In this document: positions 48,670 through 58,613 of the stretch, in pieces
Position numbering within the stretch: position 1 is the first letter of the stretch
Layout of the letters: the number at the start of each line of letters is the position of its first letter
DNA from: Nitrososphaeraceae archaeon
GTDB taxonomy: Archaea; Thermoproteota; Nitrososphaeria; Nitrososphaerales; Nitrososphaeraceae
Direction: 5' to 3'
Length of the DNA: 64,000 nt
Assembly (NCBI GenBank): GCA_044870765.1
Contig: JBIOZG010000005.1
Location: 32,001 to 96,000 of the forward strand
Made by a program: the position numbers and the translations under genes
The notes under the pieces: generated by a model
Database searches by the model: none
The model's input: the letters and a program-made list of their open reading frames with translations, nothing else
What the model was told of the DNA's origin: nothing

Positions 48670-49461
48670 ATGCGCGGACTTTTTTATTATCTAATCAATA
48701 ACGATTGGTTTTATCGATTCTATGAAAGAAAATTGGAATCACAGATTAGAAAAGATTCGCTTCCAAATCATGTTGCAATTATATTGGATGGCAATAGGCG
48801 ATGGGCTAAATATAATTTCCTGGCAAGCAAAGGCGTACATGCAATGGGTGCTGACAAGGCCGAACAGTTACTAACTTGGATTTATGACCTTAAAATAAAA
48901 ATAACTACTCTTTATGTATTGTCCATCGAAAACCTCGAACGCGACAAGAAGGAATTGGAAGACATCTATAATCTTCTTGGAATAAAACTTGAAAAATTAT
49001 ACAATGATTCACGAATACACGAAAGGGAAATGAAAATAAAGGCCATTGGAAATATCGATGCTCTCCCACAATCAATAAAAGATATTTTGTTTAAACTTGA
49101 AAGAGAGACAAATCATTATGATCTGACTTTTCTAAACATCGCTATAGCTTATGGTGGGCAACAAGAATTAGTTGATGCGATTAGAAAAATTGCTCATGAT
49201 GTAGAAAGAAGAGAACTAAAAATTTCAGAGATCACAGAGCAGTCAATTGATTCATATCTTTATACTTCCCACTTACCGCAGCCAGAGCCTGACCTTATAC
49301 TGAGAACTTCTGGTGAAAAGAGGCTGAGCGGTTTTTTATTATGGCAAAGTGCATACAGTGAACTAGTTTTTATGGATGTATTTTGGCCCGAATTCCGAAA
49401 AATTGATCTTATGAGGGCGATTAGAACATTTCAAAGACGACGTAGAAGATACGGAAAATAA
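48670..49461 (+). CDS. uppS: cis-prenyltransferase (UppS family)
   Basis: HVAIILDGNRRWA, AYGG, RTSGEKRLSGFLLWQ, RRYGK. Confidence 0.94.
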   Translation: MRGLFYYLINNDWFYRFYERKLESQIRKDSLPNHVAIILDGNRRWAKYNFLASKGVHAMGADKAEQLLTWIYDLKIKITTLYVLSIENLERDKKELEDIYNLLGIKLEKLYNDSRIHEREMKIKAIGNIDALPQSIKDILFKLERETNHYDLTFLNIAIAYGGQQELVDAIRKIAHDVERRELKISEITEQSIDSYLYTSHLPQPEPDLILRTSGEKRLSGFLLWQSAYSELVFMDVFWPEFRKIDLMRAIRTFQRRRRRYGK

Positions 49462-49499
49462 GAAAATGTTGATATGTCTATCTTGCATGTATAAAACAA

Positions 49500-49649
49500 A
49501 TGCCACAGCATGGTGATTACGATCAAAAAAGTGCTAAATGGTTTTGCAATATCTGGATAGATAAGAAAGAATGGCTGGAAATTCATGGATATTCCCCACT
49601 AGCTACTAATCTTGATACAGATGAAGAAGAAGTCGTAGAGAGCGGTTAG
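49500..49649 (+). CDS. 49-aa Trp-rich microprotein (not in ORF track)
   Basis: MPQHGDYDQKSAKWFCNIWIDKKEWLEIHGYSPLATNLDTDEEEVVESG fills the uppS-Nudix gap. Confidence 0.65.
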   Translation: MPQHGDYDQKSAKWFCNIWIDKKEWLEIHGYSPLATNLDTDEEEVVESG

Positions 49650-49676
49650 CAACTATCGAGTTAGTAGAAATTTGAA

Positions 49677-50114
49677 ATGATGACAGAAAAATCTGCTGGG
49701 TTTATCCTCATCACAGATGATTTTGAAACTGATGACTATTGTGTATTACTACTTCATTACACATCAGGTCACTGGGACTTTCCTAAGGGAAATATAGAAA
49801 CTAATGAAACTGAATTAGAGGCTGCTACAAGGGAATTGCAAGAAGAGACTGGTATTGAAACCTTTAGACTGATACCAAACTTTAGATACGTACTAGATTA
49901 CAAATACACTAGAAAGACTATGTTAATCTCAAAACAAGTAACTTTATTTCTTGCATCTACAGGAGTAAGAAAAGTAAAGATATCTCATGAGCACATAGGT
50001 TATAGTTGGGTGAAAAAAAGCGATGCAACTACTCAGTTGACATACAAAAATGCTAAAAATGCATTAAAGCACGCAATAAATTTCTTGGAAAAACCATCGT
50101 CCAATATCCAATAG
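49677..50114 (+). CDS. Nudix hydrolase (Ap4A hydrolase-like)
   Basis: HWDFPKG-x5-E...ATRELQEETG, SHEH. Confidence 0.9.
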   Translation: MMTEKSAGFILITDDFETDDYCVLLLHYTSGHWDFPKGNIETNETELEAATRELQEETGIETFRLIPNFRYVLDYKYTRKTMLISKQVTLFLASTGVRKVKISHEHIGYSWVKKSDATTQLTYKNAKNALKHAINFLEKPSSNIQ

Positions 50115-50243
50115 TAATATGTGTGACTGCTCAAGCAATTTTTGGAATTTTTGTCAAAACAACGCATATCAAGTAAAATAAACATGGTATGACAAAGTAA
50201 AGGATATAAAGATGTGTTTGAAGCCTACAACCAGTAATGAAAC

Positions 50244-51014
50244 TTATTGTGTAGCTTGTGATGATGCTTCGGAATTTATAATGTCAGATACGGTCTTTCG
50301 TTTGTTTTTTGAATTTAGAACAGTGCGACCTATTATGAGATAATCACTTCCACTCCGCATGGCACTTTTTGCGTTACCTCCCTGAGTACCTATACCAGGC
50401 GAATAAATGGGGATACTAGAAATCGATGAGATATGTTTCAAAGTTCTCAAGTGTGTGGCACCCACTACAATTCCATCGACTTTGGTCGTGTTGGCGTATT
50501 TCAAGAAGAGCTCAAATAGAGGAACGACCTTACTTTCTTTTGATCTCCTTTGAACTGTATTCAAACCATATCCTTCATTGACACTTTCGTGGCTCATATA
50601 GACAAGGGATATTATACCCATGCCGATTTTGTGAGTAAATTGAACTAGAGACGCCAATTGTTTCTGTCCGATAATCGGATTTACTATAACTGAATCAAAG
50701 CCCATTGAATGCAAATGCTGTACAGTTACTTGGTTCGTATTTCCTATATCATTTAACTTAATATCAGCAATTGAAAGCAATCCATGGGAATGTATAACTC
50801 TGTTGATGCTTTGAATATCTTTCTTGGCAAATGGCAATATCAGATGAAAGTTAATTTTAATTGCGCATAGAAACGGGTAAAGATTTTTTACTAATTTTTC
50901 AATATACTTGAGATTAGAATGTTGTGAATCCAAATCCAGGGCTAGTATTATGAGGCTTTTATGATTACTTGAAGCACGAGCAATTCGTTCTCTATATGAG
51001 ATTTTATTCATCAA
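50244..51014 (-). CDS. pyrF: orotidine-5'-phosphate decarboxylase
   Basis: LALD, ADIKLNDIGNT, VVGAT, SPGIGTQGG, IIGR. Confidence 0.93.
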   Translation of the reverse strand: MMNKISYRERIARASSNHKSLIILALDLDSQHSNLKYIEKLVKNLYPFLCAIKINFHLILPFAKKDIQSINRVIHSHGLLSIADIKLNDIGNTNQVTVQHLHSMGFDSVIVNPIIGQKQLASLVQFTHKIGMGIISLVYMSHESVNEGYGLNTVQRRSKESKVVPLFELFLKYANTTKVDGIVVGATHLRTLKHISSISSIPIYSPGIGTQGGNAKSAMRSGSDYLIIGRTVLNSKNKRKTVSDIINSEASSQATQ

Positions 51015-51684
51015 CCTTCACTAAGGGATGTGAACTGGATAATTTTATTAGTTTGATATAGATGTAACCGTGCTCGTCAATATTGTTTGTAAAGGTCGGA
51101 TTGTCAGATTTCAAACTAGAGTATTTTATGAAACAATTTACTGGATTATCTGGAAGAGTTGCATAGTAAAAATATGAGACTCCATCAGATTCGGCCATAT
51201 TTAACGCTGTCCCTACAACATATTTAGAGTTCTTGGTGCTATTAAAGACAAAAAGAGGCAAGGGTGATTCTTCATAGATCATTTTGTACGATGCAATCTT
51301 TACTAGGCTTTGGAAATTGGCTAATTTTATTGGTGCATAATTTGAATTCTTGACGCCTTTTGGTCTGCGCCAAAATATTTGTGGAAACTTTTCAACAGAA
51401 ATTATCGGAGAATACATAACCGAAGGATTTTGTATATTAGCGACTATCGCCACATCTTCGTAGCCGCCGGTATTTTTATATGCAAGATATTGACCAGCGC
51501 TTGAATATTTGACGTAGTATATCACAGGAATATTGTTCAGAAAATCAATTTGCGTTGCCAATAAATTTTCTTTGCCAGACTTAAATGAAAACGTCAAAAG
51601 TGGAGTTCGTTCAAAAGCGCAGACAAGTCTACCAAAATCTTGAACCGTGGAAACCTCGATAAAGAAAGGGGATTTAATTTGCAA
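51004..51684 (-). CDS. hypothetical protein with apparent internal duplication
   Basis: 226 aa, between purA and pyrF, overlaps pyrF start. Confidence 0.75.
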   Translation of the reverse strand: MQIKSPFFIEVSTVQDFGRLVCAFERTPLLTFSFKSGKENLLATQIDFLNNIPVIYYVKYSSAGQYLAYKNTGGYEDVAIVANIQNPSVMYSPIISVEKFPQIFWRRPKGVKNSNYAPIKLANFQSLVKIASYKMIYEESPLPLFVFNSTKNSKYVVGTALNMAESDGVSYFYYATLPDNPVNCFIKYSSLKSDNPTFTNNIDEHGYIYIKLIKLSSSHPLVKVDE

Positions 51685-51759
51685 TGCTCTACATTTTAAA
51701 ACTACATTATTAAAATCATGCGAAAAGGCTTGTCTGGAAGAAAATATTTCTCTTCAAAA

Positions 51760-52770
51760 CTAATTTTCTTCCCTACGATCGATTATTTGGTTAATCTCAG
51801 CCCCAGTACCTATGAGAACAACTTTAACACCTAGATTGGCCTCCATGTTCTCAATAAATTGCCTTGGTTTAGAAGTCAATTTAGAATATTCCGTTAGTCC
51901 GGCACATTCCGGAAATACTACGTCTAGTTTGGTAACGGCTAATTGGGTGGCGCTGTTTATTTTTATCGATTTTTTGGCTAACTCCAAGTTAAAAGGTGAT
52001 GCCCTTCTTTGTCGGCCAGTTACACTTCCGTATTCTACCCAACCTAATTTAGCGGCTTCATCAGAGCTAATTTCATTTTCCAGTGGGCCACCACCTACGC
52101 GGGTAACATATGCCTTAAAGACTAAAATAACATCGTCGACCTTCTTGGGTCCTATTCCAACGTCTGAACATATACCCGAAGCAGTAACATCTTTAGAAGT
52201 CACAAATGGATAATCGCCGTGGTACAAAGACAGAAATGTTCCTTGTGTTCCTTCTATGAGTACTGATTGACTTTTGTCGATAGATTCATTGACAATATCG
52301 GAAACATTGCCAAGATATTTCTTTAGACCATCCACATTTTTTGCAAGATTCAAGATCCTCAATGCACGATCCGAATTTGCCGGGCCAGTACCAGTTCCAG
52401 TGGTTCCAACAATATTCTTAAGGTGTAAATTCTCTTTATCCCTTGTTATATGTGACTCATCAATTATCCCGCAATGATTATCTATTTTTGTTCTATTTTC
52501 AGCATTATACTTGCGAGACTCATCTAGCAAGACTTCCGGTGTTATGAGGACTCCTGCTCCAATTAATAGCTGGGTTTCAGGATTTAAAACAGCGCTTGGC
52601 AACATGCGCACTTTGTAGGTTTGATTGTTGTGAACAAAAGTGTGACCGGCGTTTGCACCAACGCCCCCCCTTACTGCTATTTTTGGATTGTCCTTTATAG
52701 ATAGATATGCGATTATCTTTCCCTTTCCTTCATCTCCGTAAAAGCCTCCGACTATTACTTTACAGGTCAT
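51760..52770 (-). CDS. purA: adenylosuccinate synthetase (short archaeal type)
   Basis: GDEGKGK, NAGHT, EGTQG, YVTRVGGGP, TKLD. Confidence 0.95.
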   Translation of the reverse strand: MTCKVIVGGFYGDEGKGKIIAYLSIKDNPKIAVRGGVGANAGHTFVHNNQTYKVRMLPSAVLNPETQLLIGAGVLITPEVLLDESRKYNAENRTKIDNHCGIIDESHITRDKENLHLKNIVGTTGTGTGPANSDRALRILNLAKNVDGLKKYLGNVSDIVNESIDKSQSVLIEGTQGTFLSLYHGDYPFVTSKDVTASGICSDVGIGPKKVDDVILVFKAYVTRVGGGPLENEISSDEAAKLGWVEYGSVTGRQRRASPFNLELAKKSIKINSATQLAVTKLDVVFPECAGLTEYSKLTSKPRQFIENMEANLGVKVVLIGTGAEINQIIDRREEN

Positions 52771-52979
52771 TTCCAGTTCACATTAAATTCCAAGTAAATA
52801 TAAGGATAATCTAGTAATACTAAATTTCCAAGGATAAACTATTGTAGTTGATCATGAAGCTTTTATTCTATGTGCCGGACATCGTCATACAGGCAAGGTT
52901 TATGCTGCTGTACTAAAAAACAATGCCACTAATTGACACAATTTTATATAGTCGATTTTGATTAAAGATAATATTTAAA

Positions 52980-53330
52980 ATGGATTATGAAAACTTATGC
53001 AAAGGGATATTAGCACTAGATCCAAAAATTCGCTTTGCCGGAGTATGTGACGAGACAGGAGAAATAAAATATGGTGGTCAGCGTGATGGGCTGGCTAATT
53101 TGTTGACTGCTGAAGAAACGAAGAGATCTAATTTGCAAGCACTTGCGAGATGGGGATTGCGGAATTCCTTGGCATCCAAAGTTGGCAAAGGAAAGTATGC
53201 CATGGCAGAGTATGAAAAGATTAAGCGAATCACTGCTCCTCTGGATAACGATCATCTCCTGCTGGTTACAACAGAAGTGGATGCGGACCACCAGAATGTA
53301 ATAGCCAAGGTTCTAAAATTAATTCAATGA
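52980..53330 (+). CDS. roadblock/profilin-like small protein (DUF6659-like)
   Basis: ILALDPKIRFAGV..GEI..GG.R.G and YAMAEYEKIKRIT pattern. Confidence 0.7.
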   Translation: MDYENLCKGILALDPKIRFAGVCDETGEIKYGGQRDGLANLLTAEETKRSNLQALARWGLRNSLASKVGKGKYAMAEYEKIKRITAPLDNDHLLLVTTEVDADHQNVIAKVLKLIQ

Positions 53331-53386
53331 TTATCTTAGTCTTTGTTTTTTTGGCGCTTACTAAGGAAGTCGACTGAAACTAGAAA

Positions 53387-53785
53387 TCACTTTATCCATC
53401 CATGTTCATGCTCTCTATGATCATGTGATGCTCCTACGCCAGTGACTCCTCCCATGTAATCACCATACACAGCTACGACATCTTTCAAATCTGAGAGTTC
53501 TTTGAGAAATTCCAGTGTTAATTTATCGTTAAATGCGTAATGGGTACCGCTATCATGTATTGTAGGATTCATCCCAGTCTTGCTAATTATATAAGTCCGC
53601 ATTTCTTCTGAATTAATTTCTGGTTTGGTAAACACTTCAATTAAATAAAAAGGGTCTTTATCAGGGCTATTACGTTTTCTCATCAACAAATCATGAATGA
53701 GTTTTGGATGAATCTTTGGAAGATGAATTTCATACAGAGTATTCAGACCCTCAAAGACTCTTTTAATTTCACTCAATTCTGACAA
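53387..53785 (-). CDS. hypothetical protein with His-rich C-terminus
   Basis: 132 aa; tail SHDHREHEHG. Confidence 0.75.
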   Translation of the reverse strand: MSELSEIKRVFEGLNTLYEIHLPKIHPKLIHDLLMRKRNSPDKDPFYLIEVFTKPEINSEEMRTYIISKTGMNPTIHDSGTHYAFNDKLTLEFLKELSDLKDVVAVYGDYMGGVTGVGASHDHREHEHGWIK

Positions 53786-53982
53786 TTTTTAATCAATAAT
53801 AATATGTGATTATAAGTATATGAGCATTTTTGCATATCATTTTTGCAAAGCTTACTATCGTATGATTGCCCAAATTACTAGCATATCATCAATCACTACC
53901 AATTTATTGGGATAGAGTGAACCCTGTGGAAGAAGAAATAACATATTAAATGCACTATAAATATTTCATATTGATAATCAAT

Positions 53983-54444
53983 ATGGCTGGCTTCTCAAGT
54001 GACGGGGATATCGAAAACTTGATTTTTATAATAGCCAACCTTCCAGAATTTCTAAAAACTTCGGTTTGCAGAACTAAAACCAAGGAATTGATCGAAATGT
54101 CTGAGTCTGAAAAAAAGGAGACTATGATTAGGAGCTTGAGTTCTCTAAATTTGGTAGATAATAACAAGTTGATAGATTTAACAAAAACATGGATGAAAGT
54201 GATCTCAGAAATTGAACCTGATAAGCTTACGGAAATTTTGCATTGTTATCTAATGACATTAAGTAGTGTCAAGCTCTTTGACAAAATAGATCCAAAATTG
54301 ATTTTGGATATATTCTCTTCACTTGAAGATAATCAAAGGAATAAATTGATGGTCTGTTTAAAGGAGGCACTATTTCTTAATCCAAACAGAGACGGGGTTT
54401 TGAAAAATATTCCAACGAATCTAGCCAAAGTAATACTCAATTAA
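53983..54444 (+). CDS. hypothetical alpha-helical protein
   Basis: ORF open from 53950; MAGFSS start more likely. Confidence 0.65.
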   Translation: MAGFSSDGDIENLIFIIANLPEFLKTSVCRTKTKELIEMSESEKKETMIRSLSSLNLVDNNKLIDLTKTWMKVISEIEPDKLTEILHCYLMTLSSVKLFDKIDPKLILDIFSSLEDNQRNKLMVCLKEALFLNPNRDGVLKNIPTNLAKVILN

Positions 54445-54692
54445 GGCGTTCCAGGATTTTCTGGATTTTTCTTTAATTCCTCCACTTTATCCAAACCAAA
54501 GAATCCTCTTTCATATTTTCTTAACGCTTTCCTGTGTTCTGGTAATGACATGTCTAAATGCATTTCATTAATTACCATTACTCCGTATGTGGTCCATTCT
54601 TTCCAGCAATCATTACACGATGGATATTTCAATGCTGACGGGTCTTCAATTTCTTTTTCCTCAAAATCTTTTCCGCATTTTAAGCATTTCAT
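54441..54692 (-). CDS. YggX-like Fe(II)-trafficking protein with two CxxC motifs
   Basis: CWKEW...MVINEMHLDMSLPEHRK.L...FF resembles YggX W..W...LINE..L motif. Confidence 0.7.
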   Translation of the reverse strand: MKCLKCGKDFEEKEIEDPSALKYPSCNDCWKEWTTYGVMVINEMHLDMSLPEHRKALRKYERGFFGLDKVEELKKNPENPGTP

Positions 54693-54758
54693 TAAAAGCT
54701 CATGAAACCTAAGGTTATTTTATTGTTTTATTCCACAAGCGTAATTTGGCCATTTACG

Positions 54759-54965
54759 CTACTTTTTGTAACTATGATTTTTTCTAATGTGATCCCGCAT
54801 TACCTCCATTCCTTCGAACTTTGCATTACATTTCTTACATTCATATGTCTTGTTATCGTGAGTTATTTGAAAATGATGCATAAGTTTCTCTAATGTCCTG
54901 AAATTTTTTCCACAAAAATCGCAAGTATTTTTATTTAAAAAACTAAACTTGTGAAATTTGAACAC
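54759..54965 (-). CDS. tandem C2H2 Zn-finger protein
   Basis: CDFCGKNF..L..H...H and CKKCNAKF...H...H. Confidence 0.8.
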   Translation of the reverse strand: MFKFHKFSFLNKNTCDFCGKNFRTLEKLMHHFQITHDNKTYECKKCNAKFEGMEVMRDHIRKNHSYKK

Positions 54966-55093
54966 AATTCCAATATCTATTTTTTGGTATTTATATCATT
55001 ATCAAATTCATCCTGAAATGGACAGTACCATTGATATTCGACTTTATCTATTAATGAAAATCTTATTATTTTCATTTTACATTTTGTAGCACA

Positions 55094-55675
55094 ATGGGAT
55101 TGTTTGATCCTGCGTTTTATTCCAAAAGTACGAAAGAAGTTGCAAGGGACCTCCTAGGAAAGAAGCTTGTCAGAATATTTGATAATGGCTCAGGTAAGCT
55201 AATACGTTTATCTGGAATCATATCAGAAACGGAAGCATACGGTTCAAAGGACGACCCCGCAAGCCATGCGTTTAATGGTATGACGAATAGAAATTCGGTA
55301 ATGTTTGGAGAGGTTGGTAAAGCCTATGTTTATTTTATTTATGGGGTGCATCATTGTATGAATGTTACTGCACATTCACCTGCTCATGATGCAGGAGCGG
55401 TGCTGATAAGATCATTAATACCAACAGAGGGAATAAGCTCAATGATGAGTCGATGTAATGCGCAGAATAAATTAAACCTAACAAACGGGCCTGGGAAATT
55501 AACGAGGGCTCTGGATATTAACAGATCTCATAATGGATTTAGCTTATCTGATAGGCAATCATTATTGCACATTGAAGATGGGATAAAGCCTAATAAAGTA
55601 GTCAGTACTGCTAGAATCGGTATAAGTAGGGCTAGGGAAAAACATTGGCGATACCTGATCGTAGACGACAGGTAA
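55094..55675 (+). CDS. mpg: 3-methyladenine DNA glycosylase (MPG/AAG type)
   Basis: VARDLLG, ETEAY, DPASH, YVYFIYG, AVLIR, NGPGKL, RIGIS. Confidence 0.92.
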   Translation: MGLFDPAFYSKSTKEVARDLLGKKLVRIFDNGSGKLIRLSGIISETEAYGSKDDPASHAFNGMTNRNSVMFGEVGKAYVYFIYGVHHCMNVTAHSPAHDAGAVLIRSLIPTEGISSMMSRCNAQNKLNLTNGPGKLTRALDINRSHNGFSLSDRQSLLHIEDGIKPNKVVSTARIGISRAREKHWRYLIVDDR

Positions 55676-55718
55676 ACAGGATAAAACAAAAGAAATTTGG
55701 CCGTGTTTTCTTGGACCA

Positions 55719-57443
55719 TTACCAATATCTTGCTTTTATTTTCTCAATTACCCTTTCGTGTTCAGGGCCCCTTCTTCTAGCATATCTCTCCATTGCACCT
55801 AATGGAACTCCGCCTAATGTTCGAGCGAGTCCTGCAAAAAAGACATTCTTTATTGGATTATCTCGGCCTACTTTATGCATAAATTTCTGAATTCCGTATT
55901 TGAAATTATGTTGCCATGTCTTGTACATCACTCCCAATTTAGGAGGATCCATGGTATTCCCAATATCAAAGAAATCTGATTTTTCTAACAATCCTATTGG
56001 AACAAATGTCAGTGGAGTAGTGGTGAACTTTGAATCTGGTTGTTCCGTTTCCAAAGAATGAATTAATTCAATTGTCTCCCAACTGTCTTCGACAGTTTCA
56101 TCATTATCCAGTCCCATTATTAGTGTAAATGCAGGTACCCAATAGTTTTCATTTAATGTCTTTATTCCATTTTTTACTACCCAGTGCCATTCGGATGGTT
56201 TGAATGGAGATAGCTTTCTATCTGCATATTTGCCGATTAATCGTATGCTGCCAGTTTCAAAACCGCATTGAATACCTATCATATTGTCAGGTGACGCCCT
56301 AATTATTTTGGATATATTTGGTATTAATCTCTCGTCAGCAATAGCTCCTGCAAGAGTCCCATGGGTGGGATTAGTATGTTCAATTCCAGTGGACATTATT
56401 CCTGAAAATAATTCTTCTAGAGCTTCACGGTTAGGTTGCATGTTTTTAGTCGTTCTGGGATTCAAACCGTATACAAAAATATCATCGCTGTGAACCCATG
56501 CATTCTTCAATCCACCATATTTCATGTTGATTTCAATTTCTTTTACGACTTTTTCCACCGGGTAGTATCTTAACGGTCTTAGAGTTACATCGCAAAACTT
56601 GCAGCCACGTCCACAGCCTCTCATTACCTCAATCATTCCATGCATACTAGGATTAATTATAGTTGGGATTTCATCAACGCTAGGTTCGTTCCAGTAATGA
56701 ATGAATCTGCCATGATAAGTGTTACCACCTCTTTCAAATTCTTTTATCTCAACTTTGAAAGGATTCTTCTTAAATGGATTTGCTGTATCTAGCTCATTGT
56801 TGATCAAGGCGTCAAAAAACTTCGCTCCAGCACCGTCAATTTCTGGACCTATTCCCCCCAAATCGCCCTCAACGATTCCGTATAATCCATATTCTTCTAT
56901 TTTTGCAGGATCATAATTATACTGCCATGTACCGGAGGCACCTGCAATCACTTTTGCTTTACTTCCATTTTTTTCTTTTGCTCTATTAATCTTCATGTGA
57001 AGATCTTTGTTGTAAAATTCATCATACGATATCTGCTTCCGCCCATAAGTAAATGTCATAGTTACGGGTCCCATGCCAAGCGGATCCATTTCATATGTTC
57101 CTACAATCTCAGTTTCAGGACCAATGAATTTTTCTACATAATCAGGGTGTGCGACTACAACATCCTCCCTACTATATCCGTCTCGAACCAGTGAAGCTTC
57201 TACCTTTCTAAGCCCGTAGGGGGCGTAATCTGCAATACCGTTGTGATGAGAAATAGGATTACAAATAAAATCAAACAATAATCTTGGTGTAACTTGGTTG
57301 CCGAGTATTTTGTACAAAAATGTATCATGTGCTCTGTTTGGATCGATAGCTGGTGCACAACCGAAAAATGATGCTAACGAGATACCTCTATACGGTGACA
57401 TGAGCGTGCGATCTGCTGTGAGAACGACCTTCGGATGTTTCAA
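55719..57443 (-). CDS. radical SAM protein, GDGT ring synthase (Grs)/Gms-like family
   Basis: CGRGCKFC; N-terminal LTADRTLMS and YAPYGLRKVEA motifs recalled as typical of Grs-related archaeal lipid-modifying radical SAMs. Confidence 0.7.
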   Translation of the reverse strand: MKHPKVVLTADRTLMSPYRGISLASFFGCAPAIDPNRAHDTFLYKILGNQVTPRLLFDFICNPISHHNGIADYAPYGLRKVEASLVRDGYSREDVVVAHPDYVEKFIGPETEIVGTYEMDPLGMGPVTMTFTYGRKQISYDEFYNKDLHMKINRAKEKNGSKAKVIAGASGTWQYNYDPAKIEEYGLYGIVEGDLGGIGPEIDGAGAKFFDALINNELDTANPFKKNPFKVEIKEFERGGNTYHGRFIHYWNEPSVDEIPTIINPSMHGMIEVMRGCGRGCKFCDVTLRPLRYYPVEKVVKEIEINMKYGGLKNAWVHSDDIFVYGLNPRTTKNMQPNREALEELFSGIMSTGIEHTNPTHGTLAGAIADERLIPNISKIIRASPDNMIGIQCGFETGSIRLIGKYADRKLSPFKPSEWHWVVKNGIKTLNENYWVPAFTLIMGLDNDETVEDSWETIELIHSLETEQPDSKFTTTPLTFVPIGLLEKSDFFDIGNTMDPPKLGVMYKTWQHNFKYGIQKFMHKVGRDNPIKNVFFAGLARTLGGVPLGAMERYARRRGPEHERVIEKIKARYW

Positions 57444-57512
57444 GAGTCTTTATACATACCTCAAAGACGTAGATTTTAAGTTTTCCAAATTCAAGGTATC
57501 ATTTAGATACCC

Positions 57513-58613
57513 TTATTTTAATATTATTCTCAAAACATCATTGTCTTTCAAAACGTGATCCAATCCTACCTTTTGGGAACTAAATTTAACACTACTGCCC
57601 CAAACATAAGCATATTTGAAATCTTTAACAAAATTCCTGTGGATTTTTTGGCAAACATCTCTAATAGTGCAGTTTTGATTCATTATGAGGGGTTCATTAT
57701 CAATTTTATCGCCTCTTGGTTTAAGGAAGACCCGAATAAACGCAAGTTTTTCATAAATCATTCTTTTCAAGTCTTCAATGTTTATCTTGAGGTCAGCTGA
57801 GATAGGAATAAAACTTTGAATCTTTTTTTCGATCTCCAAAACAAATTTACTATCTACAAGATCGATTTTATTCAACACAACCAGCGAGGGTAGATAAATC
57901 CTATTTCCAGAAACAACATCTATCAACTGCTCTATCGTCAAGTTTGGTTCTTTGATCATTATGCGACCATTGCTTATCCCATGAATTCGGAGAACCTCTT
58001 TTATCAGATCATCTGGAATGCTAGAAACTTGGTTATGGACAGAAAGTCCTCCGATATGTGCTTTTTCTATATGCACTTGCGGAAATTTTTTATTGACTCT
58101 AATACCCACTTCATGTAGCTCTCTTTCCAGCATCTCTAATAATTCTGGTTGAAAAACATCCAGTACCATCAGAACCAAATCTGCGTTTCTTGCGACAGAA
58201 AGAACTTTCTTTCCTAAACCCCTTCCCTTCGATGCACCTTCAACTATACCTGGGAGATCGAGTATCTGAATTTTAGAACCATTGTACTGCATCATTCCTG
58301 GCACAGCTGTTAGTGTTGTAAATTGATAAGAACCTATACGAGAATTTGCGTTTGTTAATGCGTTGAGCAACGTAGACTTTCCAACACTGGGCAATCCTAC
58401 CAGAACTACCGACGCATCTCCAGACTTTCTAACATTGAATCCCTCGTTTTCCTTACCAGAAGAAACTGTCTTGCCATGTCTGTTTTCGTCTAATTCTCGT
58501 CTAAGTTTTGCTATTTTTGCTTTAAGAATTCCAATATGAAATTCTGTCGCCTTGTTTATTTGCGTCCTATGGATCTCTTCTTGGATGGCTTTGATTTTTT
58601 CAGGAATTCCCAG
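57513..58613 (-). CDS. DRG/Obg family GTPase with TGS domain (probable CTG start)
   Basis: Frame extends 73 codons upstream of the listed ORF: (CTG)GIPEKIKAIQEEIHRTQINKATEFHIGILKAKIAKLR...GLPSVGKST, YQFTT, DLPG, NKID. Confidence 0.9.
   Translation of the reverse strand: MGIPEKIKAIQEEIHRTQINKATEFHIGILKAKIAKLRRELDENRHGKTVSSGKENEGFNVRKSGDASVVLVGLPSVGKSTLLNALTNANSRIGSYQFTTLTAVPGMMQYNGSKIQILDLPGIVEGASKGRGLGKKVLSVARNADLVLMVLDVFQPELLEMLERELHEVGIRVNKKFPQVHIEKAHIGGLSVHNQVSSIPDDLIKEVLRIHGISNGRIMIKEPNLTIEQLIDVVSGNRIYLPSLVVLNKIDLVDSKFVLEIEKKIQSFIPISADLKINIEDLKRMIYEKLAFIRVFLKPRGDKIDNEPLIMNQNCTIRDVCQKIHRNFVKDFKYAYVWGSSVKFSSQKVGLDHVLKDNDVLRIILK

Noticed and set aside
52840-52900. Possible box C/D sRNA upstream of purA (ATGACGA...ATGA on minus strand); similar weak signal near 1660-1700
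   Set aside because: Boxes are degenerate and guide complementarity cannot be tested without the rRNA sequences
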